The notes beneath the pieces are model-generated. The model ran no database searches and was not told where the DNA came from. It worked only from the letters and a program-made list of their open reading frames with translations. From Paraspadella gotoi (taxonomy: Eukaryota; Animalia; Chaetognatha), in contig JBJCIZ010000239.1 in assembly GCA_051294375.1 (NCBI GenBank), positions 343,078 through 406,614 on the forward strand: a stretch of DNA of 63,537 nt. The letters are read 5' to 3'. Below are positions 11,939 to 24,605 of this stretch, piece after piece (within the stretch, counting starts at the first letter, position 1; each line of letters begins with the position of its first letter). The position numbers and the translations under genes were made by a program.

Positions 11939-12514
11939 TTTTTTAAATTCGTCTGCTCGAGTTGAAATTCGTCTGCATTCGTCTGCATCGTTAAAAATGG
12001 AAGAAAAATGCCAATGATTGTGAAAGTCATTGGCATGGCCGAGCCTGTTAGCGCCTAGATATTAATGAGCGTATTCAATATAATAATAATAAATAATAAT
12101 AAACATGTCTGAGCCCGTGAATCCAGTAATTCGCATGAGTATTGAGTAATGATCTTAAATAAACGTAGTAATTCGGAATAGTTTAACCTTGGAATTCAGT
12201 AATTGACAGGGCAATAATTGGAAGATTCAAACTATAAAGAATTACCTAAATTAAGGCATTACGGATGTTTACATATATGACATTTAGGGATAAAGTTCAA
12301 AGGTTCTCTTGATCGTATGCTGTCACGGTGAAACGGTAGGATAGGATAGCAGCTAGTAATAAATGTAGAGAGGTAAAGTCAAAGTTGGCAGAATGAAGAA
12401 TGGAAGACGTGATACGTTAAGCAAAGTAAAGAATAAAAAACGGAAGTTACAGTCAAGAGAAACAATAAAAAAAAAGAAGAAAAAAGGCCTGAAAAAGAAC
12501 AGAAAACAGGGAGG

Positions 12515-12584
<70 letters not shown>

Positions 12585-12659
12585 GTGTGAAATGAGCCTC
12601 GGGATAGGAGCAAGAAAGGACAGAAAAAAAAATGAACCGAGAAGAAGCTAAAAAGGAAG

Positions 12660-12950
12660 TAAAAAGAACGGTAGTTCAAATGTGTTGCGCCGCAATGACT
12701 GCCTTATGACATGACATAACATGACATTACATGACAAGACATGCTCAAGCAGACACTTAGATTTGAGGTTTTTTTCTGTCCTAACAAATGATCAATCATC
12801 AACTATAGGCAAATTATATGTATTTTTAACGTAAGTGGGACTGACCGACGGACAGACATAACGACGGATCGACAGACTGACGGACCGACCGAGAAACCGA
12901 CCGAAAAGTGACTTAAAGAGTTGCTCCGCGAGTACTCGCGGCACCTGTAA
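12660..12950 (+). mobile_element. DINE-1/Helentron-associated-like element
   Basis: Similar to 1352-1736; 3' palindrome CCGCGAGTACTCGCGG. Related 3' ends near 7353, 47690-47726 and 51240-51285. Confidence 0.6.
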
Positions 12951-13261
12951 TTAATGGAAGGGCTATGATTACATTATAATACTTAAAGGCAGTGTGTACC
13001 AAAATTCTTTGATTGAATATAAACTTACTTCATTGATTTGCGGAAGACCAGGGGTACCTCGGGAGCGAATAAACTGATTGTGAAAGATTGAAAGCTTGCA
13101 GGGACCAGCTATGTCATTATCTTGTATGTGTGATGGAGGCCATAAACCCCCAGAGCCTGTCCAAAGTCAGGAACAAGATAGCTTATTTACGTATCAAATG
13201 AATGGGTAATTTTACATTGGCTATACCAATTTCATAATACAATAAAAAAATGAAACAAAGA

Positions 13262-13595
13262 AAAATGAAGAAAGATAATCGAAAAATGAAGAAAAGGAGG
13301 GATGAAAAATGAAGAAAAGGAGGGATGAAAAATGAAAAAAAGGAGGGATGAAACATTAAGAAAAGGAAGGATAAAAAATGAAAAAAGGAGAGATTATAAA
13401 TGAAAAAAAGGAAGGATGAAAAATGAAAAAAATGAGAAATGAAAAATGAAGAAAAGAAGGGATGAAAAATGAAGAAAAGTAGGGATGAAAAATAAAAAAA
13501 GGAGGGATGAAAAATGAAGAAAAGGAAGGATGAAAAATGAAAAAAAGGAGGAATGAAAAATGAAGAACAGGAGGGATGAAAAATGAAGAAAAGGA
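13262..13595. repeat. Minisatellite of about 23 bp (GAAAAATGAAGAAAAGGAGGGAT)n
   Basis: Direct inspection. Confidence 0.9.
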
Positions 13596-13796
13596 GAGAG
13601 GCTCTCGAACTGCGTTTCTCTTCTTCATTTTGGATTTTTTTTTCCCCCGCAGGAAATGTCTGCCAGAAAAACTAAGACAAATGAGAAATAAAGATTTACT
13701 TTTTTTTTCTCTCTCTCTCTCTCTCAGACTGCTCCCGAGGTTTTTTAAATAAAAATCTTGCGAGGGGGAAAAGAAAAAAAATAAATTCTTCGTAGT

Positions 13797-13892
<96 letters not shown>

Positions 13893-14731
13893 GTAAGGAG
13901 TCGAGCGCAGACATCGCAATGCATTTCCGATCATCCGCTTCTTCGGCATCGTGAGCTGAGGTAGCTAAAGTATTTCGAAATGCTAATTCCGACGTCGAAG
14001 CCAATGCTGAACTGATATTGATGCCTCACGATGTTCAACTTCATAAATATTTACATCCCGGTGCTGTTTTCGGGTTCGTATGTATCCCTTTTCTTCGCGT
14101 AGCTGATACCCAAACTCCATTGTAATAAAATGCCGCCAATTACTTTTAATGCCGTAAATACCCCCCCCCGTCAACTCCTCACGTTTACCACGAAGTTTTC
14201 CTTCGCATTACCAATGACATTAGCAATTGTAAAATGTCTCTGTCTCACGGAACAAATTCTATTTTCCAATTGACTTTGTTATCATCGAAGTCGTTGTTGC
14301 TGCTTTGATTTTACGACGATGAAGATTCGAGTCGTGGAAATGTAATCCGATTCGTTGCGAGGCTGAGATCATGACTCTGATCATCTGAGAACAAAGCTTT
14401 GAAGAAAATTCGAAATTAAACTAAGATTAAACTAAGATTATAAATATATAATACAGATAAAATTTTATTCTCAAAATTTCAAAAATGTTTGTTTTTTTAG
14501 TAAATTTTTATGAGTCGTCAATGAATTTTGCAGTTTCTTTTATCAACTTGCGTCGAATATATTTAATATTTCATCAAAATTTAAAAGCAACACATTTTAA
14601 AATAGACTATTTAAAAAAAAAGAAGATATTTAATCGCAAATATTTTCACGCCAACGCTCAATTGATATACTGATGAATCTCTATTTATGACAGCGAAGAT
14701 ACAGTCTTGGTTATCTCTCAAACTATGATGT

Positions 14732-14964
14732 TGTGGCGATATATTCACACCGCCTCACGTCCACCATCGTTCAGCCAATACCATTGGCTCAGAGGGAGAA
14801 CTCACCATCCAAAGCGTTGCGTTCCATCCACAGACTTCCCTCTGCGTTGGCAAAGCGAGACGGTCCTAGGGTAGCCGCGCCAGTGACTGGAGGCGTCACT
14901 GACGGTCGGAAGCCCCCCATGCCCCATCCCAATGGGCATCGCAGTCAACCCGGCTGTTGACATA
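14732..14964 (+). mobile_element. Solo LTR of a sister TRIM family
   Basis: TGTGGCG...GTTGACATA termini and perfect 4-bp TSD ATGT (14728-31, 14965-68); A box TGGCTCAGAGG, B-like GTTCCATCC; colinear blocks shared with the TRIM LTR. 3' fragments recur at 27690 and 31671. Confidence 0.8.
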
Positions 14965-15624
14965 ATGTATTCATTTTATTTCATATAGTTGTAATATTGA
15001 CTTCGCGGAATTCGTTTCTCCGTTAAGTCGGTGCAATGTTTCCATGGCGACGAACAGTCGTCGTTTCCTTTGGATCCGTCACAATTCAATTCTCCTCTCA
15101 TTTCTGACAAACCATCGTCAAACCGTCGTCAAAGACTAACGCAACCGTCTCGCACAATTGCCTCGTTGCAACATCCCCCCCAGACTGTCAACGACCAACC
15201 AGTTTCCCACCGCATTCATACCTTCGTCCCAATTTTTTTTTTGGCTTCGAGCATCGGCCCAGGTTTACCCCCCCCTTTTTTTTCGGGACTCCGTTTCAAA
15301 GCGGCCCCTCGGGCTCGATTAAGTCGTCGCGAGCGGTAATGACCGAAAAAGGGAGAGAAAGCGACGAATAGCGATCGAGGACTCGGGGCGATTGGACCAA
15401 TCAGAAGTCGAGAAAGTGGGGGGTGAGGTGAGGAGAGGGAAGANNNNNNNNNNNNNNNNNNNNNNNNNNNNNNNNNNNNNNNNNNNNNNNNNNNNNNNNN
15501 NNNNNNNNNNNNNNNNNNNNNNNNNNNNNNNNNNNNNNNNNNNNNNNNNNNNNNNNNNNNNNNNNNNNNNNNNNNNNNNNNNNNNNNNNNNNNNNNNNNN
15601 NNNNNNNNNNAAAGAGAGAGATCA

Positions 15625-15700
<76 letters not shown>

Positions 15701-18700
15701 CTCGCTCACCCTACTGAATCCTCCGCCTTCCACCCCCCCCCCGCTTTGAATCACCTCTCTTGCCAAAAGAAAGAGAGAGACAGAGACAGAAAAAAAAATC
15801 GATTCTGAGTTTTGAAAGGCGGAAGTTGACGTGAGTCCGATGAAGCTTTTAAACCAAGGTTGTCGAGGCTAAGTGACGTGAATGTCGTCGTCGTCATTGT
15901 CGTCTTTATCGTCGTCGTCTTTATCGTCGTCATTGTCGTCGTCTTTGTCTTCATTGGTATCTTCTTCGTTGTCGTAATCATCAATGTCATCGTAGTCGCT
16001 TTTTCGGCCTTTGTCGTATCATATTTTTGTTTACATTTTATGTCGCGTCACTGTCGTTGTCATTGTTATTGTCAACATTATTTACGTTTATCAAAGGAAG
16101 GTCGACATAGTTTGGTGTTTGTTCATTTGTCATCATCTTGGATTCGTCGTCCTTGTTAAAATCGTCATTTGTCATCGTCTTCTATATAATCTTCCTTATC
16201 ATAACCGCCGTTATTGTCATTATCATTGATGCCGTCTTCGTAAATTCGTCACTGTCGACACCATCATTTTCACTATTGTCGTCGTCAACATCGTCGTCCC
16301 CTTCTTCGTCATTGTCGTCATCGTCCCCATCGTAGTCTTCGTCGTTGTCGCCATTGTCGTCCCCATCTTTGTCGTCATCGTCGTCCAACGTCAATAATAA
16401 TCTTAGCCACCACTCCTGCGTATTCGCGCGACCCCCAACCTGGTCCCCTCTCTCGAACACTTGCCATACTATAAAAAAAAAAAAACAAACAAAAAACAAA
16501 AAAAAAACAAACACAACACTAAAAACACAAAACAAACACCAAATAAACCCGCTGAACCATTTACAATCGACTGGGTAAATCCGCTCACAACACTCTTGAC
16601 ATTATGGTGATTAATCGGTGAAATGCGAGAACACACCAAACCAAAAAATCTCTTTCTCCATCTCACGACCAAATCTGAATGAAAATTTACCCAAAAAACA
16701 AACCAACTTTGAAACTCTGAACCGATCAACCGGCAGCGTAGCGCCATCCTGCATCGAACACCCGTACAGTTCGCACGACACCGCCCCCCTGTTTAATCGA
16801 TATGAAGATTTAATTTCGTGAAAATATTGTATGCTTTCCAGCATTCTTATTTGTCTGTCCCTGTTATCCCTAATCTCTCCAAGATATTAGCCTCAGGAAC
16901 ACGAATTGATGAACAGCAGCCGATCGAGAATAGACCTGGTATCATTGATCTTTCGTGTGTTTATGGACTAGTTTAAATTGAAGTTGTTGACGGTAATTGT
17001 TGTCAAATTATCGTCAACATCAATGTTAACATCGTTGTTGGAGTGTAGTCGATTGTAGACTTCTGTGACTTTTTTTTTGTATTCTCGGCCTGTTGGTCTA
17101 AATATAGATCATTATATTATGTTGTTTTACACAATTTTCTAATTGTCGCAGAGGGAGTCCACATGGTCGTTGAGTTAAGTGCACCATTTCTCGTGAACGT
17201 ATTGTTATTTAGTTGGTGGTCTTGTTTATACATGGTTAGGCTGTTTGTCTTATTCCTTCCTAAGGGCTATGGTAATTGTAGTGAGAGCGGGCGTCACAAA
17301 GAGGTATATGAATTTAGCGCATCCGATTTATTCAAAAGTTAAAGGTCACCATACAGCTGGGTAATGTGCGATGTTCATCGTTGTGATGGTTTCACGTTGT
17401 TATCATATTGTTCTTGGGATCTCATGTAAGTCCCGAGTTGTTTAAAATCCGTCATTGTTTCTTTTACATCCATGTTATTTTCCTGTTACGGCAGACGCTT
17501 AGTAACCTTCAGTATTATCTCATCTCCAACTCTGTCCTGTATGCCACTTAATATAATGACAACCTAGCAAACATGACAAGGATGTGTTGATATTGGTCTA
17601 CCAAGATTATCATTGCATGCCAGTGTTTACCCACTTGTATAATTTAATTTGCTCGGGTGCATAAAAGTCTGCGTCATTACACAACCAATACTAGCCCCCA
17701 CATTATTTCCTCTTTCAAAAGTTCCTAGCTTGCTGTGGACTTCGTAAGCCGGTCCTCGTCGAGAACGTCAAACATCGTCTGCGCGTGGTACAATACACGA
17801 TTTCTTACTCATTTTACTTTCGTGATGAGGTAATCAGTTGTTCCCAAATGTGCAGAAGATCTGAGAGAGAGGCTGCCCCATAGTACCGTGTTCAAAAGAT
17901 TCGTCATGAGGTTAGCCTGTTAGGATGCTGGCCATTCGGATTCTTGCCCAGCTATAAACATTTTTAAACTTTTTCACAATGAAATTTCCCCTAAAATTAC
18001 TGTTGTCATTACGTCAACGTTTTAGAATGCAATAAGCCTGTACAGTTCGTCTTTCCTTACATCTACTCTTTCGGTAAAACTGAACGTTTTCCAAACCGGT
18101 CAATGCACCCATCCACTTCTAGATCTAGGTCATGGGATCTATTTCTTCTGTTGGCAATTGTCATGGTTACCCTGTCATATAGCTATCGACATCCGGATCA
18201 TCGTCGTCGTCGTAACGCCTGGACCATCGTCCCCTTCTTCGTCAGTCAATTGTCGTCGTCGTCCGATCGTCGTCCCCTTACGTTCGTCATAATGTTGGCA
18301 TAATCATTGTCGTCGTATTATCGTCATCGCCCACTCATTGTTCATCATCTCATCATCGTCGTCCCCATTCTTCGTCCATCATCGTCGTCGCCAATCGTCG
18401 TCCCCATTCTTCGTCGCACTCGTCGTCACCCATCTTCGTCATTGTCATNNNNNNNNNNNNNNNNNNNNNNNNNCAATCTTCGTCGTCCCATCGTTGTCAT
18501 CGTCATTGTCGTACATCATCGTCGTCGTCGTCGCCACCATCGTCCCCTTCTTCGTCGTCATTGTCGTCCGTCGCCATCGTCGTCCCCTTCTTCGTCGTTG
18601 TCATAATCATGTCGTTGTAGTTATCATCGTCCCCATCTCTTCGTCATCATCGTCGTCGTCCCATCGTCGTCCCCATCTTCGTCGCCATCGTCGTCCCATC

Positions 18701-19700
18701 GTCATCGTCATCGTCGTCCCATCTTCGTCGTCATCGTCGTCCCCATCTTCGTCGTCGTCGTCATCGTCGTCTTCACTACACATCCTTCCTCCAGACAAAA
18801 CTCCGTTTCTCTTTTCTTCCTCCTCTTCGCGTTGACCTACTTGTCTCTCCAATTATGGCGGCCATATTCCTCGAATCTCGCATCACTGAGTCGTGACGCG
18901 AGGGTCACTCGCCTCTTCCTTCTTTCCTTTTTTTTACCTTTTTTCCTTTTTTTTCTTTTACTTATCTCTCGCTTTTTTATGGTTTCCTTTTTATTGTTTC
19001 CTTTTTTTCTTTTTTCTATTCTCTTGCTTTTTTTATGTTTGCTTTTTTCTTTTCCTTTTCTCCTGCTTTTTTATTGTTTGCTTTTTTTATTGTTTCCTTT
19101 TTTCTTTTCCTTATTCTCCTGCTTTTTTTTTTTGTTTCCTTTTTTCTTTTCCCTATTCTTTTGCTCTTTTTATTGTTTCCTTTTTCTTTTCCTTCTTTTC
19201 TGCTATTTTTTTGGTTTGCTTTTTTTCTTTTTCCTTATTTTGTATTTTTTTATTGTTTCCTTTTTTCTTTTAGTTTATTCTCTTAATTTTTATTGTTTGC
19301 TTTTTTTATTTTTCCTTATTCTCTTGCTTTTTTATTGTTTCCTTTTTTTTTTCCTTATTCTCTTGCTTTTTTTTATTGTTTCCTTTTTTCTTTTCTTTAT
19401 TTTCTTGCTTCTTTCTTTTCTACTAGCTTTTTTCGTTATTAATTCTTTTCCTTTTTTTCCATTTTTCTCTATTCTTTCTTTTTCTTCTTTTTTTCCTTTT
19501 TCATTTTTTTCATCTCCTTTTCCTCTTTTCCTCGTTCTTTATTTTCTCTTCCGCTCGTCCTGTTTCACCCTTGACTTTTGCCCTTTTTTTCTCGTTTGTT
19601 TCATAATTCGTTCATAATTCGTTCATAAGTTGTTTGACAAAATCTTTTCTTTCGTCGTCGACTTTTTTAGACAAATATTTCTGTCACTTTATTAGAGCCC

Positions 19701-20428
19701 TGTGGCAGCAAGACTTAAAGCTGCCTCACTGCTATCCGTCCTCAGCCTCGTCTCAATGGCTGAGCAGGCTAAATCATCTCATTTCCATCCGTGCGTCCCG
19801 GGTTCAATCCCTGGGTATCCCGGTTCTGGCTTAAATGTGACGGTGCCGGTATAAACATGCCGTGACAGGAGGCGGTCACTGAGGGTCCGCAGTCCCCTAC
19901 GTCAGTTGGTGAGATACCCCGAGCCCCGGGTATCACACGCTATCCTCCCATTGCCTAAAGTGGTGAGCCTACACTCAACACGCAACCGCTGCGCACCGTG
20001 CGCCCACGCTTACGTTGCTTAGGGTATGCATATCACGCTAATGCCCTACTTCTCTGGTAACGCTCCAGACTCGCTCGCTCGCTGCCCGCTCGCTCTCACT
20101 ATGGCAATGAGATCAAAATCTTCTCTCAGACATCTCTCAGGATTGAGGCCCTGTGGAGAAGTCTGGTGGGGGATCCTGTGCAGCAAGACTTAAAGCTGCC
20201 TCACTGCGGTCCATCCTCAGCCTCGTCTCCAATGGCTGAGCAGGCTAAATCATCTCATTTCCATCCGTGTGTCCGATTCATCCCTGGGTATCGCCGGTTC
20301 TGGCTTAAATTGACGTGCCGTTATAACATGCCCAGTGACAGGAGGCGGGTCACTGAGGGTCCGCAGCCCTACGCCAGTTGTGAGATACCCTGCGCCCCGG
20401 GTATCACAGCTATCCTCCCGTTGCCATA
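19701..20428 (+). mobile_element. Same TRIM insertion, assembly copy 1
   Basis: Same GCCC TSD and flanks; LTR1 19701-~19958, LTR2 20177-20428. Confidence 0.8.
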
Positions 20429-22566
20429 TGCCCATCTTTTGTCATGGGGTGGGTCAGAAAATCTGATTGGGAATCTCCAAAATCAAACTTTATTCATGTA
20501 TGAGAACACTTTGAATGGAATATTAATTTTTTGATATTTATTCATAAATAAGAAATATTAAAAATTGTTTTTCTTTCTTTTCTTGTTGTTTCTTTCCCTT
20601 TCTTTTTCCCTCTTCTTTTTTATTTCATTTTCTTCTTCTTCTCTTCTCTTCTCTTCTCTTCTCTTTCTCTTCTCTTCTCTTCTCTTCTCTTCTCTTCCCA
20701 CCCTCAAAATCCCGTCAACTCACCAACCCCTTCCTACTCTCCCCCTCTCTCCCCCGAAAACAGTTGCCTTAACCCCCGCCACCACCACCACGATCCGGCG
20801 CCCTCTATCGGCGCGGGTTCCATCTCCGAGTCGGCGTCGGCGTCGACGGTGACGACGCCGCATCCCAACTACGCCATCCGGTCGTCAACAACACGGCGCG
20901 CGGTGGTGGGTAGTGGAAGTGAGATGATAAATGATTAATAATTAATGATGAAAAATGATAAATGATTAATGATAAATGATGATAAATGATTAATGATAAT
21001 GATTAAGATTAATGATAATGATGATAAATGATGATAAATAATTAATGATATATGATGATAAATGATAATGATTAATGATAAATGATTAATGATAAATGAT
21101 GATAAATGATTAATGATAAATAATAATAAATAATAAATGTACAAACACGAGATACCGATAGATAAAACTGGCTATAAATTTATAAAATGAACTGCGATAT
21201 TAAATAATCATAAAATCGATGAAATAGAAACCATAGATACCATATACTATTATTATTATTTTATTTTTATAAAAATAAAAATAAAATAAAAATACTACTC
21301 CTGAAGCCTTTCATAGTGAAATAATTTATAAATTCTCCAGAAATAATTTACCCTGCAAATGGTTAATATAGTATTACTTGGATCAAAGCAAGACAATCAA
21401 TGAAATGCAGTCTGAACTTTTTCCGATTTGATAAACTTAGTTTATGTTTTTATTTGTCTGTTTGTTGGTATCTTTGTTAAGTTTACTTTTTATTTGAGCG
21501 CTTGGCTCAAACAACGACAAAAAATCAAAACAACACAAAAAAGTCCTATTTTTTTTTTCGCTTTCCCTGAAAATGTTTCGAATTTCTTATTTGTCGAAAA
21601 CCTTACCTCGCCCTTCCTCCTTTCCCTCCTCCTCTTCCTCCTCCTCCTCCTTCTCTCCTCCTTCACCTTTCACAGGTCATCATTCGTTCAATCACAACGG
21701 AAACCTGATGCTGAACGAAAGAGATTCCTTGCCAGTTATCACATGGACCCTATCACAGCACTGCTTCCACACTCTCAAAACCTTGCCACTCAGGTAAGTA
21801 TCTATATACCAGCACTACATTAAATACTTTTAAAACCTTGCCACTAAGGTAAGTTATCTATATACCAGCACTACATTAAATACTTTTAAAACCTTGCCCC
21901 TCAGGGTAAGTTATCTATATTCCAGCACGACATAAATACTTTTTAAAAACCTTGCCACTCAGGTAAGTTATCTATATACCAGCCCTACATTAAATACTTT
22001 TAAAACCTTTAAAACCTTGGCACTTTAAAAATCTCAAAACCAGACCACTCAGGTTGGTTAAACCACAATATTTATAGATTATAATCAGGTAAGCTTACAG
22101 GAAAAACAGCTTTTAATATTCATACATTGTTAAAATTTAACGACTCAGATATGCTCCTGGTCTGGGGTTATAATTCTGGATAAGTCTGCGAAGTCCCGGT
22201 TCAACTCTATTTTAAACATAGAAAGCGCGAAAATTAATTCAATTATTAGCAATAGTATTAAAACAGCATCTCTTTAAACGTTTTGTATTTTCCGTCGAGA
22301 TTAAGGCAACAGTCAATCAGAGAGAAAAAAAATATCAAACTTGGGAATCATCCAAGTTTGCACCTTGACAAATTCGATTGGAACTGATTTGATTTGAGAG
22401 AAAAAAGAAATATTAGAAAGATCTTTCAACTTTCTTCCTTTTTTTTTTGCTTTTCTTTTCTTTAATCTTTCCTTATTTCTTTCAAGTTTCTCCCAGACAT
22501 CCTCACTTTATGTTCCTTTCAGTTCCAGCCTTTTCCTTTCTCTGTTAATTTTTTTTCTTCCTTTTT

Positions 22567-23425
22567 TGGCCTTATTTTTCCAGAACGTCCCATTTCATCT
22601 TAAATCAGGAATCACTAAATTATGGTTAAAGATTAGGTTAAGGATTAGGTTAGTGATATTAGATTAAGTTTGGAATCAAAATTTAGCAGTTATATATTGA
22701 AAACTATCATATTAGTAAATACTAATTTGTAGTTATTTTTATTTTTTTACAAATATAGTAGCCCAGTCAGCTTATTTTATAAATAGTACAACCCTTATCT
22801 AATGTCAAACTTTCAAAATGTTTTTTTTTAATTCTGAGAACAGATTCAGATTTTGTCAAAAGTTGATAGAATAAAATATAAATCTTTTTCATTAGTAGGT
22901 TAAAATTTAAAAAACTATATTTTTAGCTTTAAAATAAATTTTTGAATATATTTTTTTTATATTTTTTGACCAAAACTTAATTTAAAGGAATTTTTAAAAA
23001 AGAATCTGTACTTTCTGCAACTTTTTGCAAGAAATCCAATAATCGGTTCTTATAATTTGAAAATTACATTTAAAAATTTAGACAATAATATACTTATTAC
23101 TATATATAAATATAGCTCGCTGGTGCCCATCTTATATAAAAAATTAAAATAATTATTTACCAAAGTATTTTTATTGATTTTTATTTTCATATTTTTTGTG
23201 CTAATTTTTGCTTTCACATTTTCACATCGCTCTATTGAGGATTAAGTTAGGACTGGTTTAAAGTTCAGGGATAATTACAATAATATTTTAGGGTTACGGA
23301 TTGATTTAAGATCAAGGATTAGGCTATATTTTTTATAAATATATTTAAGTGAATACTAAAATAAATTACATTTGGGATAAAAAAAAAACGAACAGAATGG
23401 GGCGTTCTTAGAAAAAGAGGGGCCG
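22567..23425 (+). mobile_element. Same TIR family (assembly duplicate at about 37257-38236)
   Basis: GGCCTTATTTTTCCAGAACGTCCC ... GGGCGTTCTTAGAAAAAGAGGGGCCG; TT on both flanks; GGTTAAGGATTAGG repeats. Confidence 0.6.
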
Positions 23426-23508
23426 TTACTCTCTGGCTCTCTCGCCACCAAGTAATATTAAACCTAATCGACCAAAATTCAACGAAATTCCATCAACCAA
23501 CAATTCTC

Positions 23509-23587
<79 letters not shown>

Positions 23588-23591
23588 CCAG

Positions 23592-23709
23592 ATCCAGCGC
23601 CTCTAACGGTCGCGGCCCAACACTCTGACTCCGAAACAAAACGACATCAATCCTTGACGCTCGGCGGTTCCTTGGAAACGGCCCCTGTTTCCGCTGAACA
23701 CAATTCCAG
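23592..23709 (+). CDS. Probable cytoplasmic exon of the FN3-TM receptor (about SSASNGRG...HSDSETKRHQSLTLGGSLETAPVSAEHNSR); noisy copy at about 38406-38526
   Basis: (CT)n tract with cccag acceptor, GC-rich island, weak GTCCTT donor; the frame needs indel correction, so phase is unresolved. Confidence 0.45.
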
Positions 23710-23779
23710 GTCCTTAATCTTGTTTGTTCTGTTTTTGCTTTTTTTTTTTTTGTTTTTTTTTTGTGGCTGCAGCAGCGCG

Positions 23780-24605
23780 AGAGGGAGGAGGGGGAGGGAA
23801 CGGCGCAGGGGAGAGGGAGAGGGGGAGAGAGGGAGAGAGAGAGTGGGAGGGGGAGAGAGGGAGGGAAAAGGGGAGGGGGAGAAAGGAGGGTGAGGGGGAG
23901 AGAGGAGAGGAGAGAGGGAGGGGAGAGAGGGAGGGGAGGGGAGAAAGGGAGGGGAAAAGGGGAGGGAGAGGGGAGAGGGAGGGGGAGAGAGGGAGGGGAT
24001 AGAGGAAGGAGGAGGGGGGAGAGAGGAGGAGGAGAGAGAGAGGGGAGGGGCAGAGAGGGAGGGAGGGAGGGGAGAGAGGGAGGGGAGAGAGGGAGAGGGA
24101 GAGGGGAGATAGGAGGGGGAGAGAGAGAGGAAGGAGGAGGAGGGGATAGAGGGAGGAGGAGGGGAGAGAGGGAGGAGGAGAGAGAGGGGAGGTAGGAGGG
24201 GGAGAAGGGAGGAGGAGAGGGGGAATGGGGAGAGAGGAGGGGGATAGAGGGAGGAGGAGGGGGAGAGAGGTAGGAGGAGAGGGAGAGGGGAGGGGAGGAG
24301 GGAGGGATGGAGGGGGAGAGAGGGAGGGTGAGAGAGGGAGAGGAGGGGAGGGAGAGAGGAGGGGGATAGAGGGAGAGAAGGGGGGGAGAGAGGGAGGAGG
24401 AGAGAGGGAGAGAGGGGGGAAAGTAGAGGGGAGGGGGAGAGAGGAGGGGGAGAGAGGGAGGGTGAGAGGGGAGAGAGGGAATGGGAGAGGAGAGAGGGAG
24501 GGTGAGAGGAGGGGGAGAGAGGGAGGCTAAGAGGGGGGAGGGAGAGAAAGGAGGGTGAGAGAGGGAGGGTGAGAGGGGAATGGGGAAGGGAGAGAGGGAG
24601 GGGAC
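23780..24605 (+). repeat. G/A polypurine tract of about 0.8 kb (duplicate at about 38597-39525)
   Basis: Almost pyrimidine-free + strand. Confidence 0.95.

Noticed and set aside
13890-14390. Possible degenerate coding or transposase remnant on the minus strand
   Set aside because: Short, stop-interrupted frames with no recognisable motif.
18832-19617. Phe/Leu-rich membrane-protein ORFs (also at 25806, 29449, 33430, 45349)
   Set aside because: T-rich low-complexity sequence without stops.
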